Numbered from the stretch's first letter, positions 26,624 to 37,139 are shown. The stretch: 64,000 nucleotides of DNA from an uncultured delta proteobacterium (GCA_963796685.1 CAWCMR010000012.1:13587-77586); one strand, 5' to 3'. Notes: a model not told the origin generated them from the sequence alone. Made by a program: numbers and translations.

Positions 26624-27379
26624 TCAGTACCCCGTCGGGCAAGCCACCGTCGTGAGGGCTGTGACACAGTCTGTGACCCGGCTGCTGCCGCCAACCAGAT
26701 TCAAGCAGCGGGTGAAGTCCGACTCGGTGCTCGGTGGCACCAGGCAATCGAGCATCCCGGTACACTTGGTGGCCAGCGAGTTGCCGTTGCCGTCGTTGCA
26801 AGCGCTGCACGGCGCGGCGGTTCCCGCGGCATAGCCGTCGCTGATGATTTGTGTGATGCAATTGCCGGCATCCGGCGAGCCGCCGTCGCGACCGGGCTCT
26901 GGCGCGGGCTCGGGGCCCGGCTCGGGACCTGGCTCGCGACCGGGCTCGGGTCCCGATTCGGCGCCTGCTTCTGTGCCCGGCTCCGCGCCAGCCTCGGGAG
27001 CAAGGTCCGCCGACGCGTTCGGCGCGTCACCTACGCCTTGATCGCGGCCGCCGACTTCGACGGCAGGTGCGATGTCATTGCCTCCGGAATCGCTCCGGGT
27101 GTCCGGTGCGCTGGTCGTATCGCTGCGCACGTCGGTCACGATGGGGCTGTCCGATGTCGTCGAGGGTGGATCGCCCGCCGCATCCGCCGCATCGGCCACG
27201 GAGAGGTCGGGCGTGGAAGGTCCGTCCCGTAAAACCGCGCCATCGCGACCGGGCTCGGGCGCCGGAGCTCGGCCGGGCTCGTCCGAGCAAGTCGACGTCT
27301 TCGCGCATGCCTCTACGTCGGCGGGCTTGGAAAGATTCACACAACCGAAGGAAGTCAGCGCCGACAGGAAGAGCACCAT
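26624..27379 (-). CDS. Secreted lipoprotein with a Pro/Glu/Gly-rich linker and a Cys-rich C-terminal module
   Basis: Start at ATG 27379 (MVLFLSALTSFGC), alternatively 27430. Low-complexity EPGPEPGPEPAPEPG. The C-terminus has 8 Cys. Confidence 0.6.
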   Translation of the reverse strand: MVLFLSALTSFGCVNLSKPADVEACAKTSTCSDEPGRAPAPEPGRDGAVLRDGPSTPDLSVADAADAAGDPPSTTSDSPIVTDVRSDTTSAPDTRSDSGGNDIAPAVEVGGRDQGVGDAPNASADLAPEAGAEPGTEAGAESGPEPGREPGPEPGPEPAPEPGRDGGSPDAGNCITQIISDGYAAGTAAPCSACNDGNGNSLATKCTGMLDCLVPPSTESDFTRCLNLVGGSSRVTDCVTALTTVACPTGY

Positions 27380-27750
27380 GTTCGTCGAGTGCACACATGC
27401 TGAAGGCAATCTCGAGTCATCGAAGGTCATGCGTTACTCTCCATTCGATATAGAGTTATGATCAAGCGCAGGCAATTTGTGAAGACCCAATCGCGGGCAA
27501 ACCGCGCCACGCCCTTTCAGTACCGCCGCCGGGCCGATGGCCCGGACCCTTCGGTCATGAAACGTGACAGCCCCTCACCCGCCTCGCTGCGCTCGGCGAC
27601 CTCTCCCCGCTTCGCTTCGCTACGCGGGGCGAGGTGTTTCAGGTCAGGGAGCTGGGCAACGGCAGAAGCAGACACCAAGTCGGCGAGATGGAAACAGGGC
27701 GCTGGTGCCACTGCATTTAGCCGGAATCGAATGAAGGAGAAGTCAGAACG

Positions 27751-30082
27751 ATGAAGTATCAGACGGCGCTCGCAGGCATCTTGTGGTTGTCAACCATCGC
27801 TGCATGTGCTCAGAACGGTGGAGGCAATGGCACGGCGGGCTCGGGCGGGACAAGCGGGGGCGCGCCGGGCGGGACGAGTGGGGGCGCGTCGGGCGGCGCG
27901 ACGACGTTTGGTGGCGCGACCGGAAGTGGGGGTAAGGCCACCGGCGGCACCTCGGCGAGCGGTGGGAACGCTTCCGGCGGCACGACCGCATCGGGCGGTG
28001 CCACCGGCGGTACCTCGGCGAGCGGTGGGAACGCTTCCGGCGGCACGACTGCATCGGGCGGCGCCACCGGCGGCAGCGGATCCGGCGGCAGCACGCGGAC
28101 CGGCGGCACGGTTGGCAGCGGCGGCACGACCGCCGGTGGCACGACGGGGACGTCGACCTCGATTCCTCCCTCCGTCGACAAGCCCAGCGTCGACACCACC
28201 TGGGACCAGGGTTTGAAGACGAGCGCGAACGGCGCCATCCCGTGGATCGTCGTCGACCAGTTCGGCTACCGCACCCAGGCCCAGAAGGTGGCCGTCATCC
28301 GCTCGCCGCAGACCGGCTACGACAGCACCGCGACCTTCACGCCGGGAACCAAGTACTCGGTGGTGGACAAGTCCACCGGCAAGTCGGTCAAGGACGGCGA
28401 GCCGGTCGCCTGGAACGGTGGCGCCACCGACGCGTCGTCCGGCGACAAGGCGTGGCGGTTCGACTTCTCCGACGTCACCGCACCCGGTACATACACCGTC
28501 CGGGACAACGACAAGAACGTCCGCTCGGTGGAGTTCGACATCGACGACAACGTGTACCGCAGCGTGCTCAAGCACGCCGTGCGCATGTTCTATTACCAGC
28601 GCGCCGGGATCGCGAAGACCGCGGCCTACGCCGGCGCCGACTGGACCGACAGCGCCTGCCTGATGGGCGCAGGACAGGATTCGCAAGCCCACGCGTGGCT
28701 GGCCAAGACCGACGAGACCCAGGTCCGCGATCTGCACGGCGGTTGGTTCGACGCCGGGGACACCAACCGCTACACCGCGTGGGCCGCCGGCACCGTCATC
28801 ACGCTCCTGCACGCGTTCGCCGAGAACCCATCGGCCTTCGCCGACGACTACAACATCCCCGAGTCCGGCAACGGGATTCCCGATCTGCTCGACGAGATCA
28901 AGTACGCCATCGACTGGGTCGTGCGCATGCAGAACCCCGACGGTTCCATGCTGTGCATTCTCGGGTCGGACGCGGCCAGTCCGGTATCCGCCGCCACCAA
29001 GCCGAGCTATTACGGCCCGGCGACCACCAACGCCAGCCTGATGAGCGCGGCCATGTTCGCCTATGCCAGCACGATCTACGGGGCACGGTCCGAGGCGAGC
29101 CTCGAGACCTTCGCCGCCGACCTCAAGTCGCGCGCCACCAAGGCGTGGACCTGGGCGGACGCGAATCCCAGCGTCATCTACTACAACAACGACGAGAGCA
29201 AGCAGGTCGGATTCGAGCGGGCTCGGCGCCGGCGATCAGGAAGTCGACGACGCCGGCCGCTTGTTCTCGAAGCTCCAGGCGGCCGTCTACCTGTACGAAC
29301 TGACGGGCGATGCCACCTACAAGAGCTTTGCGGAGTCGAACTGGAACAAGGTCCTCGACTCCAGCGGCCCGAGCGAGTGGGACATGGAGAAGGCGGACAC
29401 CGTGATGCACCTGGCGCAGCTCCCGGGCGTCACGGCGAGCGTCGCCTCCGCCATCACCAGCCAGGTGACCACCAACGTCGGCAACCAGCTAGCCGCCGTC
29501 ACCGGCAGCAAAGATCCGTACCGCGCCTACCTGAAGGACTACACGTGGGGAAGCAACCAGATCAAGATGGCCCAGGGACGGCTCTACCAGCACCTGGCCA
29601 AGGCCGGGGCGGGCGACAACGCGGCCAAGGCGACCGCGGCTGCCGAGGACTACGTCCACTACCTCCACGGGGTGAACCCGCTCGGCATGGTGTACCTGAC
29701 CAACATGCAGAGGGCCGGGGCCGAGCATTTCGCCACGAGCATCTTCCATTCGTGGTTCGCGGACAAGTCGCCGAAGTGGGACACGACCACGGCCACCACC
29801 CCGGGCCCTGCGCCAGGATTCGTGCCTGGGGGGCCCAACAACAACGGCTTCGCCCCTGATAGCTGCTGTACGGCCCCGCAAGGCGATCCCGCGTACCAGT
29901 GCTACGGATCGAGCGACTTCGCCCTGTGCAGCCAGAACTGGGATCCGCCCATGAACCAGCCGCAACAGAAGTCGTACCTCGACTACAACGGCGGCTGGCC
30001 GGTGGGCTCCTGGCCGATCACGGAGCCCAGCACCGGCTACCAGGCGAAGTACGTTCTCGTGTTGTCGGCGTACGCGCGCTAG
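27751..30082 (+). pseudogene. Glycoside hydrolase family 9 endoglucanase (lipoprotein with G/S/T linker and N-terminal Ig-like module) with a frameshift at ~29215-29232
   Basis: ORFs 27751..29859 and 29063..30082 join around ...YYNNDESKQVGFE|GLGAGDQEVDD.... GH9-like blocks: HGGWFDAGDTNRY, IPDLLDEIKYAIDWVVRMQ, YTWGSNQ, YLHGVNPLGMVYLT. Confidence 0.8.
27937..28079 (+). repeat. Tandem 63-bp repeat (about 2.3 copies) encoding the linker unit ATGGTSASGGNASGGTTASGG
   Basis: Units 27937-27999 and 28000-28062 differ at 3-4 positions. A partial third copy follows. Confidence 0.85.
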
Positions 30083-31434
30083 AACTGCGTGATGAACTTC
30101 CAGGCCTCGGTCGGAATCCAGTTGGTGCCGGATTCCGTGGAGACGTCCGTGTGCGGCCCGTTGAAGGTGCAGATCTTGGTGGGATAGCCCGCCTTGCACC
30201 CTGTGAAATCCACGCACAGGTGGTTGCCTGAGGTCCAGGTCGGGATGGTGCTCGGCACAGTGCAGCCGTTGTCGGTGCCGTGCTCGATGGCGATGTACTT
30301 CGAGCCTTGGGTCGTGCTGCTCCCGTTGACCCATGGGCACGTGGTGTCGCTCATGCCGGTGGTTTGCATCCAGGCGATGGGCGCGTGGGTCTTGGTTGGT
30401 ACGTAGATGTTGTAGTTGGCAGGGGCGATGCCCACGGCCGCGCGAAGATCCTTCTGGTGGTCCACCGAGAGGCTATAGGTTTCCATCCCTCCGAAGCTGA
30501 ATCCGATCGAGAAGACACGCGATTCATCGATGCACAGCTCCGATTTGAATAGCTTGAGCATATCGTCGAAGAAGGTATGGTCCTTGTCGTCGCTCCTCCA
30601 TGGCATTGAATCCGTGTAACCTTGGGGCGCAACGAAGATGCTGGTGTTTTCTTTGTCCTGCGCCTTGAGCCAGTAATACCCGTCGTTGTTGGCGCATTGG
30701 GTGTCGCTCGAGCCCATGCAATGAAAGTTGAAGATCAATCGGTACGGCTTGTTCGCGTCGTAACTGCTCGGGATGTACATGATGTATTCCCGACTCAGGC
30801 TGGCACTGGTCATCTTGTAGGTGGTGTTGGCGCCGCTCTTGAATGTCGAAAGAGCATTGCCACAACCGGCGCTGGGAACGGCGGGATTTCCAAGAGGATA
30901 CTCGCCCGCGGTACCGGTTGTGCCGCCCGCGGTACCGGTTGTGCCGCCCGTGGTACCGGTTGTGCCGCCGGGTACGTTGCCGCCGGTCGTGCCGCCCGAG
31001 CCGCTTCCGGTCGTGCCGCCCGCGGGTCTTCCAGTCGTGCCGCCCGAGCTGCTTCCGCCCGAGCCGCTTCCGGTCGTGCCGCCCGCGGGTCTTCCAGTCG
31101 TGCCGCCCGAGCTGCTTCCGCCCGAGCCGCTTCCGGTCGTGCCGCCCGAGCCGCTTCCGGTCGCGCCGCCAGTACCGCTTTCGGTGGTGCCGCCGGAGCC
31201 TTTTACAATCGAACCGCCGACTCCACCTTCGGTCGCACCACCGGTCCCGGATTTGGTTCCACCGGTACCGACAGATCCACCAGTACCGGCACCCCCTGTG
31301 CCACTGGATTTACCCCCTGTGCTGCTGGCGCCGCCGGTCCCCGAAGCAACGGGTGAGGCAGTGCCGCTGCAGGCCGAGAAAAGGCCGAGGGTCGCCACTA
31401 GAAGGAGCCTGCTTGCAAAGTTCAGTGCTCGCAT
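30079..31434 (-). CDS. Secreted lipoprotein esterase (PHB depolymerase/feruloyl- or acetylxylan-esterase-like, CE1-type alpha/beta hydrolase)
   Basis: 451 aa. Lipobox LGLFSAC and a long G/S/T linker. Catalytic-type GFSFGG nucleophile elbow, with YRLIFNFHCMG preceding it. The stop codon overlaps the GH9 stop (convergent, 30079-30082). Confidence 0.7.
   Translation of the reverse strand: MRALNFASRLLLVATLGLFSACSGTASPVASGTGGASSTGGKSSGTGGAGTGGSVGTGGTKSGTGGATEGGVGGSIVKGSGGTTESGTGGATGSGSGGTTGSGSGGSSSGGTTGRPAGGTTGSGSGGSSSGGTTGRPAGGTTGSGSGGTTGGNVPGGTTGTTGGTTGTAGGTTGTAGEYPLGNPAVPSAGCGNALSTFKSGANTTYKMTSASLSREYIMYIPSSYDANKPYRLIFNFHCMGSSDTQCANNDGYYWLKAQDKENTSIFVAPQGYTDSMPWRSDDKDHTFFDDMLKLFKSELCIDESRVFSIGFSFGGMETYSLSVDHQKDLRAAVGIAPANYNIYVPTKTHAPIAWMQTTGMSDTTCPWVNGSSTTQGSKYIAIEHGTDNGCTVPSTIPTWTSGNHLCVDFTGCKAGYPTKICTFNGPHTDVSTESGTNWIPTEAWKFITQF
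30998..31145 (-). repeat. Tandem 63-bp repeat (2 identical units plus a partial copy) encoding the linker unit GGTTGSGSGGSSSGGTTGRPA
   Basis: Units 30998-31060 and 31061-31123 are identical on reading. Confidence 0.85.
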
Positions 31435-31710
31435 ATCAATCTTCCTCCATGGATTTGGGGATCGGCGATGCCTCTCAGCCCAGAGCCGACATCGGGTCCA
31501 TTCGTGTTCAGTGCCACGAGGTTGCTAGATCGGCTCACAGAAAGCAAGCGATGCGCGGATGCCCTGATCCTGCGACAAGAAGAGCGACAGCGCGGAAGGT
31601 ACGTCGTCGACGGCAGTGACAACGGCCACGATCACGCCCTTCTGTCGCTATCGCGGGACCATGGTCTGGTGCTACACTCCTCGGTAGTATCGTCAGCGAG
31701 GGACGGCGAC

Positions 31711-32958
31711 ATGCTAATCAGTAAAGTTGTTCTCCTGGCCGAGCTTGCGGCGATCCTTGCGGGCTGCAGCGGAACGAACAAGCCGGGAAGCGCGCCAGGC
31801 AGCGGAGGCGCTTTCGCCCACGGAGGTTCTCCCGGCCTCGACGGCGGGGGCAATCCGCAGGGCGGCGCAGGAAGCCTCGGGACGGGGGGAGCGAGCGGAA
31901 GTGCGGGAGGCGATGCCGAAGGAGCAGACGCGTCATCTGCGGTAGACGCGCCGATAGGCGGGGGAGGCGCCACGGGCGGTTCCGCAGGTGCGCGCACCGG
32001 AAGCGGTGGTGGCATCTCGGCGGGTGGCGGGGCGTTCGGAACCGGTGGCAGCGACGGCGGCGGTGGTATGGCAGTCGGCGGCTTTGCCACTGGCGGTCTG
32101 TCCGGTGGTGGGGGCGGCGGCGCGGCCGGAGCCGGCGGGGCCAGCGCAAGCGGTGGTCGGGTCGGCACTGGCGGGGCCAGCACGACCGGAGGCGCCGACG
32201 GTACAGGGGGAAGCTCCGGCACTGGCGGGGCCAGCGCGACCGGAGGCGCCGGCGGTACAGGGGGAAGCTCCGGCACTGGCGGGGCCAGCGCGACCGGAGG
32301 CGCCAGCGGCACAGGCGGAGCCGCTGGCAACGGAGCCGCGAGCGCATCCTGGGACTTCGCCACCGATAGCGAAGGTTGGCTGGGCGGCTTCAGCGACTAT
32401 CCCCCGGACATCGGGACCGGCTACAATCTGCAGTTCGAGTGGTCGGCGTTGCCCGCCGAGGTCGGCCCTGGCGGGGGCCTCCTGATGAGTGGCAACAACC
32501 ACAGCGACGACCTCTTCATGTTCATCAAGCGCCAAATCACCGGCCTTGCGCAAAGCACTCAGTACTTGCTCGACGTGACGGTCATCCTGGACAGCAACGC
32601 TCCAGCGACCTGCGGCGGGGCCGGCGGGGCCCCGGGCGAAAGTGTATTCGTCAAGATCGGCGCCGTGCCCTTCGAACCCCTGAGCTCGGTCAATTCGGCG
32701 GGCATGCTGACCATGAATCTGGACAAGGGCAACCAGTCGGTCGGAGGTGCCGACATGAAGGTGGTGGGAAACATCTCCAATACCCTGCCCTGTCCGAGCG
32801 CGACCTACCAAGCCAAGACGCTCTCCCTCACCGGGTTCAGCGTGCGCAGCGCCAGTGACGGAACCCTGTGGCTCGTCATCGGCACCGATTCGGGATTCGA
32901 GGGCATCACGACCCTCTACTACGCTCACATCTCGGCCAGCCTGACCCCGAGTCCGTAA
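31711..32958 (+). CDS. Hypothetical lipoprotein with a Gly-rich linker and an unrecognised ~210-aa C-terminal domain
   Basis: Start placed at ATG 31711 (MLISKVVLLAELAAILAGCSG) inside ORF 31468..32958. Confidence 0.6.
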   Translation: MLISKVVLLAELAAILAGCSGTNKPGSAPGSGGAFAHGGSPGLDGGGNPQGGAGSLGTGGASGSAGGDAEGADASSAVDAPIGGGGATGGSAGARTGSGGGISAGGGAFGTGGSDGGGGMAVGGFATGGLSGGGGGGAAGAGGASASGGRVGTGGASTTGGADGTGGSSGTGGASATGGAGGTGGSSGTGGASATGGASGTGGAAGNGAASASWDFATDSEGWLGGFSDYPPDIGTGYNLQFEWSALPAEVGPGGGLLMSGNNHSDDLFMFIKRQITGLAQSTQYLLDVTVILDSNAPATCGGAGGAPGESVFVKIGAVPFEPLSSVNSAGMLTMNLDKGNQSVGGADMKVVGNISNTLPCPSATYQAKTLSLTGFSVRSASDGTLWLVIGTDSGFEGITTLYYAHISASLTPSP

Positions 32959-33085
32959 TCGCGCGCCTTTGATTCCGCGGTGGGCACGATACCGGTTGTG
33001 ATCGCCGCTACTCGCCAGACCAGAGCACGATGAGGGCTTCTACCGCTATAGAAGCCCGGATGTTGAGGGGGCACCGATTGCCATC

Positions 33086-34433
33086 TTGGTCGCGCTCGCA
33101 CCTGCAAACATACCAAGATCCAGACGCCTCTCTCGCTGGATGGGCTGGATGGCGGCTCTGTGTGCATTTCTCGTGGTTGCGGGTGCGATGAATGGATGCT
33201 CGAAGCACTCGGGCCTGACCATCGGGGGTACCGGGGGAGAATACGGCGACGGCGGCAAGATCGGCGTCGACAGCGACGTGGCGGACCATGGAGACGGGGG
33301 GGCAGGAGGGAACGGAGGCGCCACAAATACGGGAGGGGGAAATGCGAGCTTTGGCGGCAGCGTGGCTATGGGCGGCTTCGGCGTGGCCGGAACGACAGGA
33401 GGAGCAGGAAACACAGGTGGGGCACCCTCCACGGACGTCACCACCTCTGGCACGACGATCGTCAATTGCTCTGGACCTTACAGTACCAATAATGGCTCTA
33501 TCAACGCGTTGCCAGTGAGCGCGGATGCATCCTGCGCTGGAGGCTGTTCGGCAATTTCGCCGTCCTCGGCCGTCTGCACAGATCGCGGGTGTTTGGTCAC
33601 TCTCGCCTTTTGCCAAAGTGGTCCGTCGGGCATTGCGGCAGACGCCAACAATGTATATTGGACAGGAGCCGATAGCGATGGAGGAGCCGATAACGGAGTC
33701 TTATACAAGGTCTCTCGTATGGGTGGACCTCCGGTTGTCCTCGCTAAAGATTCAACGATGAGCAATATTCTCGCTGTTGACTCTGCGAACATTTACTGGA
33801 ACGGCTCCTTGAAAATACTCAAGGTTTCTTTGGACGGGAGCGCTTCATCGGCTCTGGTAGAGGCCGGTGCCGGTGGAATCGCGGTTGACGGCTCTTTCCT
33901 ATATTGGACTCTGGACTAACTCAACTGACGGAGTTGTACTCAAGGTTCCTCTAGGTGGCGGCGCCCCGGTAATGGTAGCCTCCGGACAGAACCGGCCAAC
34001 GGCGATCGCCGCGGACGCCGCGAACGTCTACTGGACCAACTACAATGCCGTGATGAAAATGCCAGTGGCTGGCGGCAAGGTGAGCAAGCTCGCTGACGCA
34101 GATTCCAGCGGCAGGCCTTTCATGGTCGCCATCGATGCGACGAACCTGTACTATGCTGCCGAGTCCACCGGCGCCGTGGTCAAGGTGCCGTTCGATGGCA
34201 GCGCACCCACGACTATCGCAAGTGGCCAGCAGACGCCGAGTGGCATCGTGGTGGCTGGAGCCAACGTATATTGGCCCGCCAGTAACGGGATCATCACGGT
34301 GCCAATTGAGGGCGGTGCGCCTGTCGTCTTCGCACTGCCGCTCTCTCCCAAAGGTGGCTTCCAGTCCCCGCGAGGTATTGCCGCGTACGGGTCAACGGTG
34401 TTTTGGATCGATCAACCCAGCCCAATCCTGTGA
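33086..34433 (+). pseudogene. Secreted YWTD/NHL-like beta-propeller lipoprotein, split by a 7-bp tandem duplication at 33905-33918
   Basis: ORFs 33086..33919 and 33867..34433. Repeated blades carry NVYWT / NIYW / FLYWT / NLYY / NVYW / TVFW. A likely lipoprotein signal MGWMAALCAFLVVAGAMNGC begins near 33140. Confidence 0.7.
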
Positions 34434-34550
34434 CGCCAGCGTGCCGTAACCATCCGGTCCTGACCCTCTCGCGGGCGAGCTCCACGGAAGGCAGAATGGC
34501 GGAGACACGATCCGACACCGCTCGCCCCTCGCGTCGGCAGCGTGCGCTGC

Positions 34551-34946
34551 TCAGGGGTGAATCACATGCAGGCTGAGCACGGCCTCGAACGGGTCAAAGT
34601 CGCGATCGTTGTGCAGCAGCTCGTGTCCCTCGCGCAAGCACAGCGTGGCGATCAGGCAGTCGATGGTCTTCCTGACCGTGTGGCCCCGCGCCCGCAAGCG
34701 GCGATAGTTGCGCGCCGATTCGACGGCCAAGTCCCTACCGCCTGTGTCGAACAGGTCGAAGGATGACATCTCCGCCAGCACATCGGTTGCATCCGCATCG
34801 CTGGACATCCCCTGCAAAATTTCGCACAAGATGAGGTCGCACGACCCCACGCGGGTCACGCCGAGAGCATGGTCCAGCCAGCGGGTTTGCGCCGTCCGTC
34901 GACCACGGAAGTAGTCAATCCAGACCGTGGTGTCGACGATGACCAC
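34551..34946 (-). CDS. vapC: PIN-domain toxin VapC
   Basis: 131 aa. MVIVDTTVWIDYFRG...CEILQG...IDCLIATLCL...LLHNDRDFD (PIN acidic residues). Confidence 0.85.
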   Translation of the reverse strand: MVIVDTTVWIDYFRGRRTAQTRWLDHALGVTRVGSCDLILCEILQGMSSDADATDVLAEMSSFDLFDTGGRDLAVESARNYRRLRARGHTVRKTIDCLIATLCLREGHELLHNDRDFDPFEAVLSLHVIHP

Positions 34947-34949
34947 GCG

Positions 34950-35156
34950 TTACCTGTGTGAGGTTCGCCCCATTCGCGTCCTGGCCAGATCGCCCGTCCA
35001 CTTGACCCGGCCGTGTAGACGACGCGCACCTGCCTGTCGATGCAGCGACACCAGGCTGCGCAGCCCAGCTTCGACCACCGCCCGCTTGGTGGGGAGCCCG
35101 CTGGCAGCAAGGGCATCCCGCATCAGGGTGTCGTCGATGACGATGTTGGTGCGCAT
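34950..35156 (-). CDS. vapB: VapB-type antitoxin (DUF2191-like)
   Basis: 68 aa from ATG 35156. MRTNIVIDDTLMRDALAASGLPTKRAVVEAGLRSLV. It forms the last part of the otherwise spurious ORF 34950..37091. Confidence 0.75.
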   Translation of the reverse strand: MRTNIVIDDTLMRDALAASGLPTKRAVVEAGLRSLVSLHRQAGARRLHGRVKWTGDLARTRMGRTSHR

Positions 35157-35385
35157 GTGTATAGATTGACACTGCGATGTGTATCTGTCAAAGGCTGGCC
35201 TCCGGAGCAGCGCTTCGATCGACGATGACGGAATCGATCTTGGCGGAACACGGGTCGGCCTGCGCGTGGCCCTTCGGGAACTTTCGTGTCGGGAAGTTTT
35301 GTGATATTTTAGCTCCTGTTTTCCCCTAGCTGCGATTCGATGCGCGTCGTGCGCCAGAGTCCGAACCGGACACGAAGAGGTCGAC

Positions 35386-37139
35386 ATGGTCAAAAGGAGA
35401 CTTGGCGGGCTGCTGTTGAGCAGCGTGATTTTCGCGTGGGGCTGCAGTTCGAGCACCGTTCCTGCTGCTGGCGCTGGGGGGGAGGATCCCCGGGCGCTGG
35501 CGGGTCGAGCCAGCAGGGTAGGGGAGGTGGCGGTGGCGGCGGCACCACCGGATCGGGCGGGACCAGCTCCGGGAACGGTGGCTCGGCCACTACCTCGAGC
35601 TCGGCCACGGGCGGCAGCATGGGTGCAGGCACCACCGGCTCCGCCGGTATCGGCGGCTCGGGCGGGGCCGCCAGCTCGGGCGGAAGCACCAGCTCGGGCG
35701 GGGCCACGGGCTCGGGCGGAGCCACCAGCTCGGGCGGAACCACTGGCGCGGGCGGGATCGCCGGCCCGGGCGGCACGACCAGCGCGGGCGGTACAGCCAC
35801 CGGTACGGGGAAGCCCGACGGCGCGGCAGGGGCCGACGGCGATGCGAGCATGACCGGCGGCGAGAGCGGCTCGCCCGACGCTGGCGCAGCAGACGCCGCT
35901 CCGGGCGTCCAGTATGCGCCGTCGTGCACGGGCTCGGGCAAGACCTACTATGCCAGCCCATCCGGAGCCGGTACGGATTGCAGCGCGAGCTCTCCCTGTT
36001 CCCTGAGCACGGCCGCATCCAAGCCGAAGCCAGGGGACATCGTGTGCTTGCGCGGCGGCACCTACACGACCGCGCTGACCATCGACACGAAGGTGTCGGG
36101 CACCGCCACCAGCTGGATCACGTTTTCCGCCTACCCGGGAGAGCTGCCCATCATCAATGGTGGCGTGAGCATCCCTGGGCAGGCTTCGACCCACCTGCGC
36201 TTCAACGGGATCGCCACGCAGGGAGGGGGCAGCGGATTTGCCAATCCATTGACTCCGTCTGGCGCCAACGGTGCCTTGGAGTTCCTCAATTGCATTGCCG
36301 ATATGAGCACGGAGAATGGCATCGGCTTCCATGGGGCCAGCGGCCTGCACGTGGCACAATGCATCGTCGCGCACACGGGAAGCAGTACGACGCACTCGTG
36401 GTCGAGCGGGGTCGACCTCTGGTCGGTGCAAGGGACGCCCAAGGACAACATCATCGAGCGTACCATCTCGTTCGAGAACGTCGACATGCAATGCCACAGC
36501 GATGGCAATGGTTTCACCGTCGACGTGAACACCACGGGTGCCACGTTCGTCAACAACATCGGCTTTCGCAACGGTGGCTCGTGCATTCGCATCTGCGGCT
36601 CGTCCAACACAGTGATGATCAACAACACGTGCTTCGGTAACGGGCTCGACCCGAAAGCCGGCAGTATCGTGACGAGCACGAGCTGCCCGATGGACATCCC
36701 GCCCCCGACCAAGCCTGGCGAGATATGGTTCGTCGACAGCACCACGACGCTCTCCGGTGCGCAGCTCTTCAACAACCTGACGGTCGCGGCGTCCGAGCAG
36801 ATCGCCATCAACCGGACCCCGAGCGCAACGGGCAGCAACGTCGTCATCGACAAAGGAGGCGCAACGCCCTTCTTCAACGGCCCGCCCACCGACCTCACGT
36901 TGACCTCGGACGCGGTGAGCACTATCGTCGGCAAAGGCTCGGCGGAGCATGCGCCGGCCCTCGATATCGGGTTCGATCCGAAGTGCATCACCAACACGGT
37001 GCCCAGCGGAGCCGGCGTGCAATCCTGGTGGAAGTACTCGATCGATTACAACTACATCCGGACCATCGGCGGCACCGTCAACTGTTTCCATCCCAAGACC
37101 CGCACGGGCAACCCCGATATCGGCGCATACGGTTATTGA
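35386..37139 (+). pseudogene. Secreted right-handed parallel beta-helix (pectate-lyase-fold) lipoprotein. The signal peptide is out of frame with the mature part at a G7 tract.
   Basis: The signal/lipobox MVKRRLGGLLLSSVIFAWGC lies in frame 1 (35386). The G-rich linker and beta-helix body (NGIGFHGASGLHVAQCIV...NVDMQCHSDGNGFTV...NIGFRNGGSCIRICGSSN) lie in the frame of ORF 35340..37139. One extra G in 35476-35482 would join them. Confidence 0.7.
35476..35482 (+). repeat. Homopolymeric G7 tract at the frame junction of the beta-helix lipoprotein gene
   Basis: gctgggggggagg read directly. G8 would give ...AAGAGGGGSPGAGGSS... in frame. Confidence 0.9.

Noticed and set aside
22810-26861. Long Arg-rich ORFs (22810..23874, 23388..24440, 25338..26861, 26054..27232)
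   Set aside because: These are out-of-frame or antisense to well-supported genes (AAA ATPase, LytTR regulator, kinase, membrane protein, lipoprotein). They contain no recognisable motifs.
27800-32350. Highly repetitive GGC/GGT/ACC-rich DNA that could superficially suggest a repeat array or CRISPR
   Set aside because: The repeats are in-frame 63-bp or shorter units encoding Gly/Ser/Thr linkers inside ORFs. There is no repeat-spacer periodicity, and no cas genes are present.
35157-37091. Upstream 645 codons of the 713-aa minus-strand ORF 34950..37091
   Set aside because: This part is antisense to the beta-helix lipoprotein gene and Arg/Ala/Gly-rich. Only the last 68 codons (VapB antitoxin) look real.
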